From assembly GCA_002344825.1 (NCBI GenBank), contig DDUN01000003.1, positions 1,775-65,774 on the forward strand: a stretch of 64,000 nt of DNA, in the 5' to 3' direction. Below the pieces are notes generated by a model. The model ran no database searches. It saw only the letters and a list, made by a program, of their open reading frames with translations, and had not been told where the DNA came from. The DNA comes from Candidatus Multiplicimicrobium inquinatum. Its GTDB lineage: Bacteria; Omnitrophota; Omnitrophia; Omnitrophales; Aquincolibacteriaceae. A program made the position numbers and the translations under genes. Within the stretch, counting starts at the first letter, position 1. Each line of letters begins with the position of its first letter. This document shows, one piece after another, positions 1 to 8,007 of this stretch.

Positions 1-1
1 C

Positions 2-409
2 GATTTGGGACAAGTTCCAAGACAAAGAATGACTTGGGGCGCGGAAGTAAAGCCTTTGGCGCGCCTAGGCGAATACTTTGAAGGCTTGCGGTTTCGCCTA
101 GACGGCAGTTTTACGGGAAAACAACATCCGCAAAGTTACGAATCAACCAGCCAGGCTATGCTTAATTCCGCGGGAGGAGCGGGGCATGTGATTAAGTCGT
201 ATACGTTGTGGAATTTTTTGGCAAGCTACGCCCTTAAAAATCAGGAAATTTATTTTAAAATAAACAATCTCTTTGATAATAAGTATTATTCCCGTGCCGT
301 TGTTTCCGAGATTTTTGCTCCCGGGACTTATCCGGCGGGAGTGGATACATTTGTGAATCCCGGCGCGCCGCGAGAATATTTAGTGGGAATGAGATGGGAA
401 ATCGAATGA
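2..409 (+). CDS. TonB-dependent outer-membrane receptor, C-terminal beta-barrel portion (5' end lies outside the window)
   Basis: C-terminal barrel-like sequence (…NNLFDNKYYSR…, alternating aromatic/polar strands). It is immediately followed, with a 16-nt overlap, by a BtuF/FhuD-like binding protein and FecCD/ABC ATPase genes. Confidence 0.6.
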   Translation, partial: DLGQVPRQRMTWGAEVKPLARLGEYFEGLRFRLDGSFTGKQHPQSYESTSQAMLNSAGGAGHVIKSYTLWNFLASYALKNQEIYFKINNLFDNKYYSRAVVSEIFAPGTYPAGVDTFVNPGAPREYLVGMRWEIE

Positions 410-1260
410 GAAGACAGAACCAAGAACTAAGAACCAAGAACCAAGTTTCGTTTTTGCGGATCATTTTTTGTCTTGGTTCTTGGTTCTTAGTTCTTGGTTC
501 TTTTTCAGCGCATGGCGCGGAAAGAATTGTTTCGCTTAATGCCTGCACGGATGAATTACTGCTCCAATTAGCTTTGCCCGAGCAAGTCGCCGGAGTAACG
601 CGTTTTAATCATTCGCCTCAAAGCAGCGAAGTGCTGAATCAAAATCCGCATATCAGTAAACTGTCGTCCGATGTTGAAAGCATTATGAAGACCAACCCGT
701 CGGTTGTTTTGGCAGGCCCTTTTTCAAACCCACTGCTCATCAATCAATTGAAGCAATTGAATATTCCGATTGTTCATTTGGCTGTTCCCGGCAATTGGAG
801 CGATTTGGATAAAGCGGTGGGCCAGGTTTCTGCTTTGCTTAAACGAGTGCCCGCCGGCGAAGTGTTGCAGAAAAAAATCCGGGAACTTAGCCGTTTTGAC
901 GGGCAGACGCGCTGGCAGGGAAAGCGCGCTGTTTTTTGGAGCGCAGCTGGGCATGTTTCTGGGAAAAATACTTTTGAAAATACAGTTTTAACGACACTGG
1001 GCTTGATCAATGTTTCGGAAACGGAAGGCTATGCTTTTTTATCCGTAGAAAAATTGATTCAATTAAAGCCCGCTGTCATTATTGTGACGCAAAATCCTGA
1101 GCTCAAAAACTCATGGAGCCATGAAACTTTATTTCATCCTGCCTTGAAAAAAGCTTTGCCCAAAATTGAGTATTTACACATTCCGGAAGAAGCCGTAAGT
1201 TGTGCTTCTGAGTACACGGTTGAAGTTGTCGGGAAGCTGATTGCGGACGCGAAAGCATGA
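394..1260 (+). CDS. btuF: Periplasmic substrate-binding protein of a cobalamin/siderophore ABC importer (BtuF/FhuD family)
   Basis: N-terminal signal-peptide-like segment (RR/K n-region, hydrophobic core, AHG-AE). The mature N-terminus ERIVSLNACTDELLLQLALPEQVAGVT resembles the BtuF start. Operon context: receptor, FecCD permease and ATPase follow. Confidence 0.7.
   Translation: MGNRMRRQNQELRTKNQVSFLRIIFCLGSWFLVLGSFSAHGAERIVSLNACTDELLLQLALPEQVAGVTRFNHSPQSSEVLNQNPHISKLSSDVESIMKTNPSVVLAGPFSNPLLINQLKQLNIPIVHLAVPGNWSDLDKAVGQVSALLKRVPAGEVLQKKIRELSRFDGQTRWQGKRAVFWSAAGHVSGKNTFENTVLTTLGLINVSETEGYAFLSVEKLIQLKPAVIIVTQNPELKNSWSHETLFHPALKKALPKIEYLHIPEEAVSCASEYTVEVVGKLIADAKA
417..500. repeat. Perfect 29-bp inverted repeat (arms 417-445 and 472-500, 26-nt loop) built from tandem heptads (aagaacY x3.5)
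   Basis: Left arm gaaccaagaactaagaaccaagaaccaag; right arm cttggttcttggttcttagttcttggttc, which is the exact reverse complement. It lies at the btuB-stop/btuF-start junction and encodes the predicted BtuF signal peptide. Confidence 0.9.
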
Positions 1261-2231
1261 AAAAAATCAATTTTATTTTAGGAACTACCCTCGCGGGTTT
1301 CTTTCTGATTTCACTTCAGAACGGGGCCCTGGACGCGGGGATTGGCAAGCTTTTAACAGGAAAAATGTCTTCCGCTGAAAGCGCCGTGTTTTGGCATTTG
1401 CGCTTTCCCCGAAGTCTGCTGGCAATTCTTGTCGGAGCCGCTTTGGGGCTTTCCGGCGCGGCGATGCAAGGCCTTTTGCGCAATCCTTTGGCAGAGTCAA
1501 GCGTTTTGGGAATTTCAAGCGGCGCCGTGCTTGGCGCGATGATCGCGCTTTATTCCGGTTTAACGGTATGGGGAATTTGGATTTTACCTCTGGGAGGTTT
1601 TTTTGGCGCGCTTGCCGCGGCCGCGCTGGTTCTTGTTTTCTGCTTTCGCCATACCAGTTTGCTCGGACTTATTTTAGCCGGAACCGCGCTGAATACGCTT
1701 TTCTTTGCCCTGAGCAGTTTGCTGCTTAGCTTTTCAAAAAATCCTTATGCCGTGCTCGAAGTGATTTACTGGCAAATGGGCTCATTTGAAAATCGAACGT
1801 TAGCGCAAACAGCCGTCGTCGCGCCTTGGATCATTTTAGGTTCGTGGATGCTTTTGCGCACAGGTTCCTCACTTCAGCTTTTGACTTTGGGTGAAGACGT
1901 TGCGCGCAGCAGTGGAGTTTCTGTCTCCAAGACGATGCGGCAGGTGATTATGGGAACCGCGGTTGCTGTTGGCGCGGCAGTTTCGGTTTGCGGATTGATT
2001 GGTTTTGTCGGGTTGCTGGTGCCGCATTTAGTTCGCCCGTGGGTTGGGCATGATCCCGGCAAATTGCTTTTTCCAAGCGCGCTTGCGGGCGCGGTGTTTT
2101 TGTTGATGGCGGACACTTTTTGCCGTTTTTCGGTTTTTCCGGTTGAACTCAAAATCGGAGTTTTGACCGCGCTTCTCGGCGCGCCTTTTTTTATTTATTT
2201 GGCTTTTAAAACCAAGGCACAGCTGACATGA
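1257..2231 (+). CDS. btuC: FecCD-family ABC permease (BtuC-like)
   Basis: About 320 aa, polytopic and hydrophobic, typical FecCD length and composition. ATGA start/stop overlap with the flanking genes. Confidence 0.75.
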   Translation: MKKINFILGTTLAGFFLISLQNGALDAGIGKLLTGKMSSAESAVFWHLRFPRSLLAILVGAALGLSGAAMQGLLRNPLAESSVLGISSGAVLGAMIALYSGLTVWGIWILPLGGFFGALAAAALVLVFCFRHTSLLGLILAGTALNTLFFALSSLLLSFSKNPYAVLEVIYWQMGSFENRTLAQTAVVAPWIILGSWMLLRTGSSLQLLTLGEDVARSSGVSVSKTMRQVIMGTAVAVGAAVSVCGLIGFVGLLVPHLVRPWVGHDPGKLLFPSALAGAVFLLMADTFCRFSVFPVELKIGVLTALLGAPFFIYLAFKTKAQLT

Positions 2232-2902
2232 AATTTCTTTGCGAAAAATTAAATTGTGGCTTCAGAGAAAAGCAGGTTTTAAAAAATATTTCCGGTAAAT
2301 TCGAAGCCGGAAAAATAACAGCGATATTGGGTCCTAACGGGTGCGGCAAATCAACTTGGATCAGAGCTTTGTTGGGATTGGTCAAACTCCAATCAGGTAA
2401 GGTTATTGGGTTGCCTGAAAAAAAAGGGTATTTGCCTCAAAAAAAGGAAATTTACTGGCCGCTTACTTGTGAAGCAATTGTGGAGTTGGGTTCTCGCGCC
2501 TCGGGGCTCGGGGCTTCGTCTCTGGATCGGTTGGGGATTGGGCACTTGAAAGATAAAAGAATCGATGAAGTTTCAGGAGGCGAGCGCACCTTGGTTTTAT
2601 TGGCGCGAGCTTTGCGTGATAGACCCGACTTGATTATCGCGGACGAGCCTGTTGCTGAACTTGACCCTAAGCATCAGATGCGTGTGATGCAGGCGCTCAA
2701 AGAGGAAGCCGCTCGCGGTGCGGCGGTGATTGTTACGATGCATGACATTCAGTTGACTGCTCAATTTGCCGATTTTGTTTTCTTAATGCGTGATGGGAAT
2801 GTTGTTTTTCAAGGCGCTCCTGATGCAGTTCTTAATCCCGGGAATTTAAAAACTGTTTTTGGAGTTATTTTTGTTGAAGACAAAGGATTGTATGTCCGTT
2901 AA
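2228..2902 (+). CDS. btuD: ABC transporter ATP-binding protein (BtuD-like)
   Basis: Walker A GPNGCGKST, ABC signature VSGGERTLVLLARAL, Walker B LIIADEP. Confidence 0.85.
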   Translation: MKFLCEKLNCGFREKQVLKNISGKFEAGKITAILGPNGCGKSTWIRALLGLVKLQSGKVIGLPEKKGYLPQKKEIYWPLTCEAIVELGSRASGLGASSLDRLGIGHLKDKRIDEVSGGERTLVLLARALRDRPDLIIADEPVAELDPKHQMRVMQALKEEAARGAAVIVTMHDIQLTAQFADFVFLMRDGNVVFQGAPDAVLNPGNLKTVFGVIFVEDKGLYVR

Positions 2903-3482
2903 AAATTTGAAAACGAAAGCGCGCGATCAAGCTCCGCGGAAGCACGCTAAGCCGAAGCGCGCACCTGATAAAGGACTTATTGTCGTTTATACGGGAGATG
3001 GAAAAGGTAAGACCACCGCGGCGATGGGAACCGCGTTGCGGGCTTTGGGTTATGGTATGAAAGTGGCGGTGGTTCAATTCATTAAGGGAACCTGGCCGTC
3101 AGGGGAAGAACAAGCTCTTAAAAAAATAAAGGGATGTCAGTTTCACAAAATGGGCGAAGGCTTTACTTGGGATACAAAAGACTTTGAGCGCGACAAGTTG
3201 AAAGCGGATGAAGGTTGGAAGTTAGCTCAAAAGTATATTCAAGACTCAAAGACACAGCTTGTTATTCTGGATGAAATTAATTGCTGTTTAAAGTATGGTT
3301 TTCTTGATTTGAAAGACATGTTGCGCGCCCTGAAAAAAAAGCCTCACATGAAGCACGTGTTTTTGACCGGGCGCGGAGCGCCTAAAAAACTGATCGAATT
3401 AGCCGATCTTGTAACGGAAATGAAATGTATCAAACACCCATACGATAAAGGAATTTGGGCTCAGCGCGGCATCGACTTTTGA
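2892..3482 (+). CDS. cobO: Cob(I)yrinic acid a,c-diamide adenosyltransferase (CobO/BtuR/CobA family)
   Basis: P-loop YTGDGKGKTTAAMG, ~196 aa from the ATG at 2892. The longest ORF begins at 2859, so the start is uncertain. Confidence 0.75.
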   Translation: MSVKNLKTKARDQAPRKHAKPKRAPDKGLIVVYTGDGKGKTTAAMGTALRALGYGMKVAVVQFIKGTWPSGEEQALKKIKGCQFHKMGEGFTWDTKDFERDKLKADEGWKLAQKYIQDSKTQLVILDEINCCLKYGFLDLKDMLRALKKKPHMKHVFLTGRGAPKKLIELADLVTEMKCIKHPYDKGIWAQRGIDF

Positions 3483-3489
3483 AAATTTA

Positions 3490-3601
3490 TTGAAAATGAT
3501 TTGTCTGCTTCGTTGCATTCTTCGCTTCCTTGTGCGGCGTATTGCTGCATACGCCTCCGCAGGCGCTCAAATGCGCCTTGCATCCAAACCATTTTGAATA
3601 A
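3490..3601. repeat. REP-like large imperfect palindrome, copy 1 of 3
   Basis: Conserved core cttgtgcggcgtaT-tgctgc-Atacgcctccgcagg with self-complementary outer arms (ttgaaaatgatttg … caaaccattttgaa). Located at the 3' end of cobO. Confidence 0.75.
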
Positions 3602-3637
3602 ATTTTTGAGATTCCAAAGAGCTGGTTTTGGAATGAA

Positions 3638-3931
3638 TCAGCGAAAACTGATTTTGATTTGTGGTTTGTCCCAATAAGGGCAATGACGACAGCCTTGGTT
3701 GCAGCAAAAACCACGGTCTAAAAGATAGTATTCGGTGTGGACCGTCATCTGTGTGAATGGATCTTCGTAAGTTTTTAATTTTGCTGCGCAAGCTTTGAGA
3801 TGAGCCGCGACAGTTTCCGCAGGTAAATTTGGTTCACGGGAAGTCATATCAGAATTATACTCGTCAAAGTTCATCGGAGTAGAGCAAAGTTTCTCTGTTA
3901 TTGGAAGTATCCCCGACATAAAATAAAGCAT
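3638..3931 (-). CDS. Small cysteine-rich protein of unknown function
   Basis: ORF of 97 aa with the cluster CCNQGCRHCPYW. Its start overlaps the start of the divergent gene at 3930, so the true start may be an internal Met (MNFDEY…). Confidence 0.4.
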   Translation of the reverse strand: MLYFMSGILPITEKLCSTPMNFDEYNSDMTSREPNLPAETVAAHLKACAAKLKTYEDPFTQMTVHTEYYLLDRGFCCNQGCRHCPYWDKPQIKISFR

Positions 3932-5534
3932 GCCGCTTTTCCTCGGATTTATTAATAATCGATTCGTTTGGTTATCTTTTTTATTTTTCTCTCCGTTGGT
4001 TATCTATTTTCCTGTGTTGGGGCATGGGTTTTTGCACTTTGATGACCGCCAAATTGTGACTCAGAACTCCGAAGTACTGAAGGGGGTTACATGGGAAAGC
4101 ATAAAATGGGCTTTTCTTTCCTGGGACACGGGCAATTGGATTCCGCTGACCTGGATAAGCCATATGCTGGATGTGCATTTTTTCGGTCTTAAAGCAAGTT
4201 GTCACCACGCTGTAAGTATTCTTTTTCATTCCGTGAACGGAGTTTTGATTTTTCAGCTTTTTAATCGCATGACTCAACGGCATTTTTTGAGTTATGGTGT
4301 CGCGCTGGTTTTTGTTTTTCATCCGATGCATATTGAATCAGTCGCGTGGGTTTCAGAGAGAAAGGATGTGCTTTCAACTTTTTTTACACTGCTCTCATTT
4401 TTGTTTTATTTGTTTTACGCGCAAAAGTCCAAAAATTATTTTGCGGCATACCTGGCAAGTGTTTTGTTTTGTGCTTTTGCTTTAATGTCCAAGCCGATGG
4501 CCGTTGCTTTGCCCCTGCTCCTGCTTGTTTTTGACTATTGGCCGCTGGCCCGAATTAACGGGATGAAAAGCTTTTGGAACTGTCTGCCTGAAAAAGTCCC
4601 CATGATGCTGATGGTGTGCGGTGTTGCGGGTGCGACATGGCTTGCGCAGAGTCAAATTGGGGCTGTTTTCAGCTTGTCTGAAATGTCGATGAGTTATCGT
4701 TTTGAGATGCTCTTTGCCGCTTTGGGTAGTTACAGCTACAAGTTTTTAATACCTATTCAGCAGACTATTTTTTATCCGCCCTTTTCTGATCAAGAAATGC
4801 ATTGGAATGCTGCGTTGGGATTGCTGCTTTTTCTGATGTGGGGTGTGTTTGCGGTGCAGCGCAAAAGCGCGCGCTGGATTTTTACCGGCGGAATGATTTT
4901 TTTTGTTTCACTCTTTCCGGTTTTGGGTTTGGTGAAAGCCGGCGGTCAGTCTATTGCGGAACGTTATACTTATTTTGCCTATACAGGATTGGCGGTATTA
5001 CTTTTTTGGGGTGCCGCCGCATTGATTTCAGCCAAGCCTAAGGCGAAGCCATGGATTATTACATTTTTTATAGTTTGGAGTTTGCTGGGGCTGCTTTTAA
5101 GCGGTGTACGTGTGTATGAGTGGCGCAGTACCGAAGCACTTTTCCGGTCTGCTGTAAAAATTCACCCTCATAATCACGTCGCGCATAAAGTTTTGGCGGA
5201 TCACGCTTATGCTCAGGGTGATTTGCCGGGTGCCGCAAAGTATCTTGTTCAGGGATTAGAAAATTTACCTGCCGAAGCTGACTCCGCAAGACCTCAATAT
5301 GAGCTGAATTTAGCGATTATTTACCATCAGCTGGGGGAAATGGAACGGGCTACAAAATTTTATGAGAGAGTTTTGGTGAAAGAGCCTTTCCGCTTTGATG
5401 TGCGGGTTACTTTGGGCGATATTTATATTAAATTGAAGCAGCCCGCGCAGGCAAAAATGCACTATGAATTTTTGCTTCGCATTTTTCCTGACAACCAAGA
5501 TTTTCAAAGGCGGCTGGAAGAGTTGCGCGGTTGA
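3930..5534 (+). CDS. Polytopic membrane protein of the PMT/GT39-like (GT-C fold) family with C-terminal TPR repeats
   Basis: N-terminal multi-TM region with an HFDD motif in the first loop. C-terminal ~150 aa are TPR-like (AYAQGDLPGAAKYLVQGLE…, LGEMERATKFYERVL…). This architecture is common among bacterial DUF1736/PMT_2-TPR proteins. Confidence 0.55.
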   Translation: MPLFLGFINNRFVWLSFLFFSPLVIYFPVLGHGFLHFDDRQIVTQNSEVLKGVTWESIKWAFLSWDTGNWIPLTWISHMLDVHFFGLKASCHHAVSILFHSVNGVLIFQLFNRMTQRHFLSYGVALVFVFHPMHIESVAWVSERKDVLSTFFTLLSFLFYLFYAQKSKNYFAAYLASVLFCAFALMSKPMAVALPLLLLVFDYWPLARINGMKSFWNCLPEKVPMMLMVCGVAGATWLAQSQIGAVFSLSEMSMSYRFEMLFAALGSYSYKFLIPIQQTIFYPPFSDQEMHWNAALGLLLFLMWGVFAVQRKSARWIFTGGMIFFVSLFPVLGLVKAGGQSIAERYTYFAYTGLAVLLFWGAAALISAKPKAKPWIITFFIVWSLLGLLLSGVRVYEWRSTEALFRSAVKIHPHNHVAHKVLADHAYAQGDLPGAAKYLVQGLENLPAEADSARPQYELNLAIIYHQLGEMERATKFYERVLVKEPFRFDVRVTLGDIYIKLKQPAQAKMHYEFLLRIFPDNQDFQRRLEELRG

Positions 5535-5560
5535 TTGATCAACCGCGCAGACCAAATGGA

Positions 5561-6220
5561 TTAGGTAACAGTAACTTTTTTTGCCGCCTCTTCCTTTGTT
5601 ACTTTTGGGAGCGTAATTTCTAAAACCCCATTTTTATATTCAGCCTGAATATTGGTTTCATCTACGGGACCCGGCAGGCGCAGACTGCGGGAAAAAGAGC
5701 CGTAGCTTCTTTCTTGGGCGTAAAAGCTTCCTGATTGCTCTTGGTTAATGGTTTCACGCTGGCCCTGAATGGTTAAAATTTCACCGCGCACAGTAATATC
5801 GATTTTGTCCTTATCAAGTCCCGGCATGTCAACCTGCACGATATAGGCATTGTCTTTTTCTTCCATGTCCATTAAGGGCATAGCATCAATTCCCATATGC
5901 TGATTCATTTGACTCATCATACTTGGCAGGCTTGCCATAAAGCCGCCCATCATTTGATTCATGCTCTCCTGCATGTCATCAAACATGGACCAAGGGTCTT
6001 GATAGTGTGCCCGCGGCGATGTCTGAAAGATCGCTTTTTGCGGGAACGAGGATGCGTAAGTGTTTTGTTTCTGTAAGGTATCCAGCGTCTCTTTTGCTTG
6101 GCTCTCTTTTTTATTTAAAAAGTAAATAAATCCTGCGGTCTGGCTCACAAGTAAAACAGCAAGCAGGATGCTGATAACAACAAGCCAATTTACTTTTTTT
6201 TCTTGAGTTGTGTTTGTCAT
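5561..6220 (-). CDS. Hsp20/alpha-crystallin family protein with an N-terminal transmembrane anchor
   Basis: N-terminal TM segment (WLVVISILLAVLLVSQTAGFIYFL) and a C-terminal alpha-crystallin domain (…ERSYGSFSRSLRLPGPVDETNIQAEYKNGVLEITLPK). Confidence 0.75.
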   Translation of the reverse strand: MTNTTQEKKVNWLVVISILLAVLLVSQTAGFIYFLNKKESQAKETLDTLQKQNTYASSFPQKAIFQTSPRAHYQDPWSMFDDMQESMNQMMGGFMASLPSMMSQMNQHMGIDAMPLMDMEEKDNAYIVQVDMPGLDKDKIDITVRGEILTIQGQRETINQEQSGSFYAQERSYGSFSRSLRLPGPVDETNIQAEYKNGVLEITLPKVTKEEAAKKVTVT

Positions 6221-6277
6221 AAATCACCTCAGTGTAAGCAAAATGGAGCTCTCGGGGAGAGCTCCATTGAATTGCGC

Positions 6278-6727
6278 TTAATCGATTTTAACTTCAATTT
6301 TTTTTGATTTTTCTTTGGGAGATTTGGGCAAGACCACCTCCAGAACACCATTTTTATAACTCGCCTGTACTTGCTCCGCGTTGATTTCAACCGGCAAGGT
6401 GAAAGCGCGGGCAAAGCTTCCATAACGGCGCTCAGAATAGTGATACCCTTTCTTCTCTTCTTTTCTCTCTTCTTTGCGTTCACCGCGAAGAATGAACCGG
6501 TTGCCTTCAACGGCAATGTTGAAATCTTCACGCTTCATTCCCGGTAAGTCCGCATGAACGAGGTATTCTTGTTCTTTTTCAGTGATTTCAACTTCCGGAT
6601 CAATGCCCGTCGACCATTGCTGATTTGACGGCGGAACTGCGGCAAAAAAACGATCCAGATCAGTTTGAAAGTCTTTCAGAACCTCAAAAGGATCATAAGC
6701 TTCTTTTCTTCTTTGAATGAATGTCAT
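6278..6727 (-). CDS. Small heat-shock protein, Hsp20 family
   Basis: 149 aa with the alpha-crystallin motif …ERRYGSFARAFTLPVEINAEQVQASYKNGVLEVVLPK. Confidence 0.85.
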   Translation of the reverse strand: MTFIQRRKEAYDPFEVLKDFQTDLDRFFAAVPPSNQQWSTGIDPEVEITEKEQEYLVHADLPGMKREDFNIAVEGNRFILRGERKEERKEEKKGYHYSERRYGSFARAFTLPVEINAEQVQASYKNGVLEVVLPKSPKEKSKKIEVKID

Positions 6728-6909
6728 AAAGCACCTCCGTTTTATTTATTTTGAATAGCTCTATAAGCTTTTATTCAATCTGCATGCCAAGTTTCAAAGG
6801 GGAAGGTGGCGTCATAAAGAAGCTGGCGTGTAAAAAAATGACACAATCTGTTTCAGATTTTCACAGTTAACAGATTTCCCGTAGTCCACGCTTATGTTAG
6901 GATTATTCC

Positions 6910-7494
6910 GTGGAAATAAACGAAAGACTTTTTTTAGGGCTGCATCTAGACCCTCTTTTTAAGGAGGAAATTACGGCGCATGCAAAGAAGCTGCGGGAAC
7001 TGTATCCTAATCAAAAATGGGTGAATCTAAGGCATTTTCACTTTACGATTCATTTTTTGGGAGATTCGACTTCGGAACAAAGACAAAAAATTGCGCGAAT
7101 CGCGACCGAGATAGCTTCTCAGACAAAGCCTTTCAATGTAGCTCTGGAAGGGATGGGGGCTTTTCCAAGTTTGAACAAGCCCCGTGTTGTATGGGTTGGC
7201 GCCGCTAAGGAATGTTTGCCCGTCCTTGATAACTTTTACCAAAGGATCACAGCCCCGTTGATTGCGGAGGGTTTTCCCGTGGAGCATGAAAGCTTTACCC
7301 CGCACGCGACTCTTTTTCGTGTTCGGGCGGATAGCCTTATTCAATGGAACCCCGAAGTTTTTCAGTTTCCAAAAACTCCGCTGCGGATGGTTGATCGGCT
7401 CACTTTGTTTAAAAGCACCTTAACGGAATGGGGCGCAGAGTATGCTCCAATTGAAGAATATCCATTTCGAAATGAACCGTTTGGCTTTGATTAA
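6910..7494 (+). CDS. thpR: RNA 2',3'-cyclic phosphodiesterase / 2'-5' RNA ligase (LigT/ThpR, 2H phosphoesterase)
   Basis: Two HxT/S motifs (HFTIHF and HATLFRV), ~190 aa. Confidence 0.75.
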   Translation: MEINERLFLGLHLDPLFKEEITAHAKKLRELYPNQKWVNLRHFHFTIHFLGDSTSEQRQKIARIATEIASQTKPFNVALEGMGAFPSLNKPRVVWVGAAKECLPVLDNFYQRITAPLIAEGFPVEHESFTPHATLFRVRADSLIQWNPEVFQFPKTPLRMVDRLTLFKSTLTEWGAEYAPIEEYPFRNEPFGFD

Positions 7495-7526
7495 GATGTA
7501 TTTTAGAGCTTTGTGTCTTTTGTCAG

Positions 7527-7829
7527 TTGTCGGTGGTCTGGCCTCTGATCTATACTCTGATTATGAGTGATCCATTCAATGGTGAAGAAATCCAGTTTCC
7601 GGTGGTATGCTATTTTAAGATCATTGCCGATAATATGCCGGGCGTTCGAATGATGCTTGAAAAAAAACTGCAGGACTTGGGCGTTGTAAATCCCTTGTCA
7701 GAGGGAACTCATTCTTCGGGCAATAAGTATGTGACTTATAACCTTGAAGTCAAAGTTGCCAGCAAGGAATATATGGCCCAGCTGGATCACGCTATCCGCA
7801 CCACCAAGCATGTTCGTATGGTGCTGTAA
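7527..7829 (+). CDS. YbeD/DUF493-family small protein
   Basis: About 100 aa; FPVVCYFKIIADNMPGV… resembles the UPF0250/YbeD family. Confidence 0.5.
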   Translation: MSVVWPLIYTLIMSDPFNGEEIQFPVVCYFKIIADNMPGVRMMLEKKLQDLGVVNPLSEGTHSSGNKYVTYNLEVKVASKEYMAQLDHAIRTTKHVRMVL

Positions 7830-7949
7830 TTCGCTGAAAAAGCTTCGTCTGCGTCGTTGCATGCGCATTCGCTTGTGCGGCGTAGGTTTCACTACGCCTC
7901 CGCACTCACTTCCATGCGCCTAGCAGCCCAAGCTTTTTGATCGAATTAA
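7828..7949. repeat. REP-like large imperfect palindrome, copy 2 of 3
   Basis: Core cttgtgcggcgtaGgtttcaCtacgcctccgcac, with outer arms taattcgctgaaaaagctt … aagctttttgatcgaatta. Located at the 3' end of the YbeD-like gene. Confidence 0.75.
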
Positions 7950-8007
7950 GAAGAGAAATTAAAATTTCAAGTGGCGCGGGGACCTATTCGGTTTGTTTTT
8001 GGCTAGT

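Noticed and set aside
400-520. Possible CRISPR-like or short tandem repeat array (aagaacc heptads)
   Set aside because: There are only ~3.5 heptads per arm, arranged as an inverted repeat with no spacers, and no cas genes are nearby. It is a hairpin, not a CRISPR array.
724-1010. Three overlapping small ORFs (724-954 minus, 770-991 plus, 774-1010 minus) inside btuF
   Set aside because: They are antisense or alternative-frame ORFs nested in a well-supported CDS, with low-complexity translations and no motifs. I treat them as spurious.
1285-2152. ORFs 1285-1518 (minus), 1391-1729 (plus) and 1874-2152 (minus) inside the FecCD permease gene
   Set aside because: These are alternative-frame artefacts of a GC-richer membrane-protein gene. 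The Arg/Ala/Pro-rich translations are typical of out-of-frame reads.
3487-3791. Minus-strand ORFs 3487-3714 and 3567-3791 downstream of cobO
   Set aside because: They run straight through the REP-like palindrome and mutually overlap, so they are more likely non-coding.
6728-6909. Sigma-54-like TTGGCAT-N5-TTGAA upstream of hsp20 (minus strand)
   Set aside because: The -12 element is GA instead of GC, which breaks the most conserved dinucleotide. A weak sigma-70-like -35/-10 (ttgaaa…ataaaa) is equally plausible. I did not call it.
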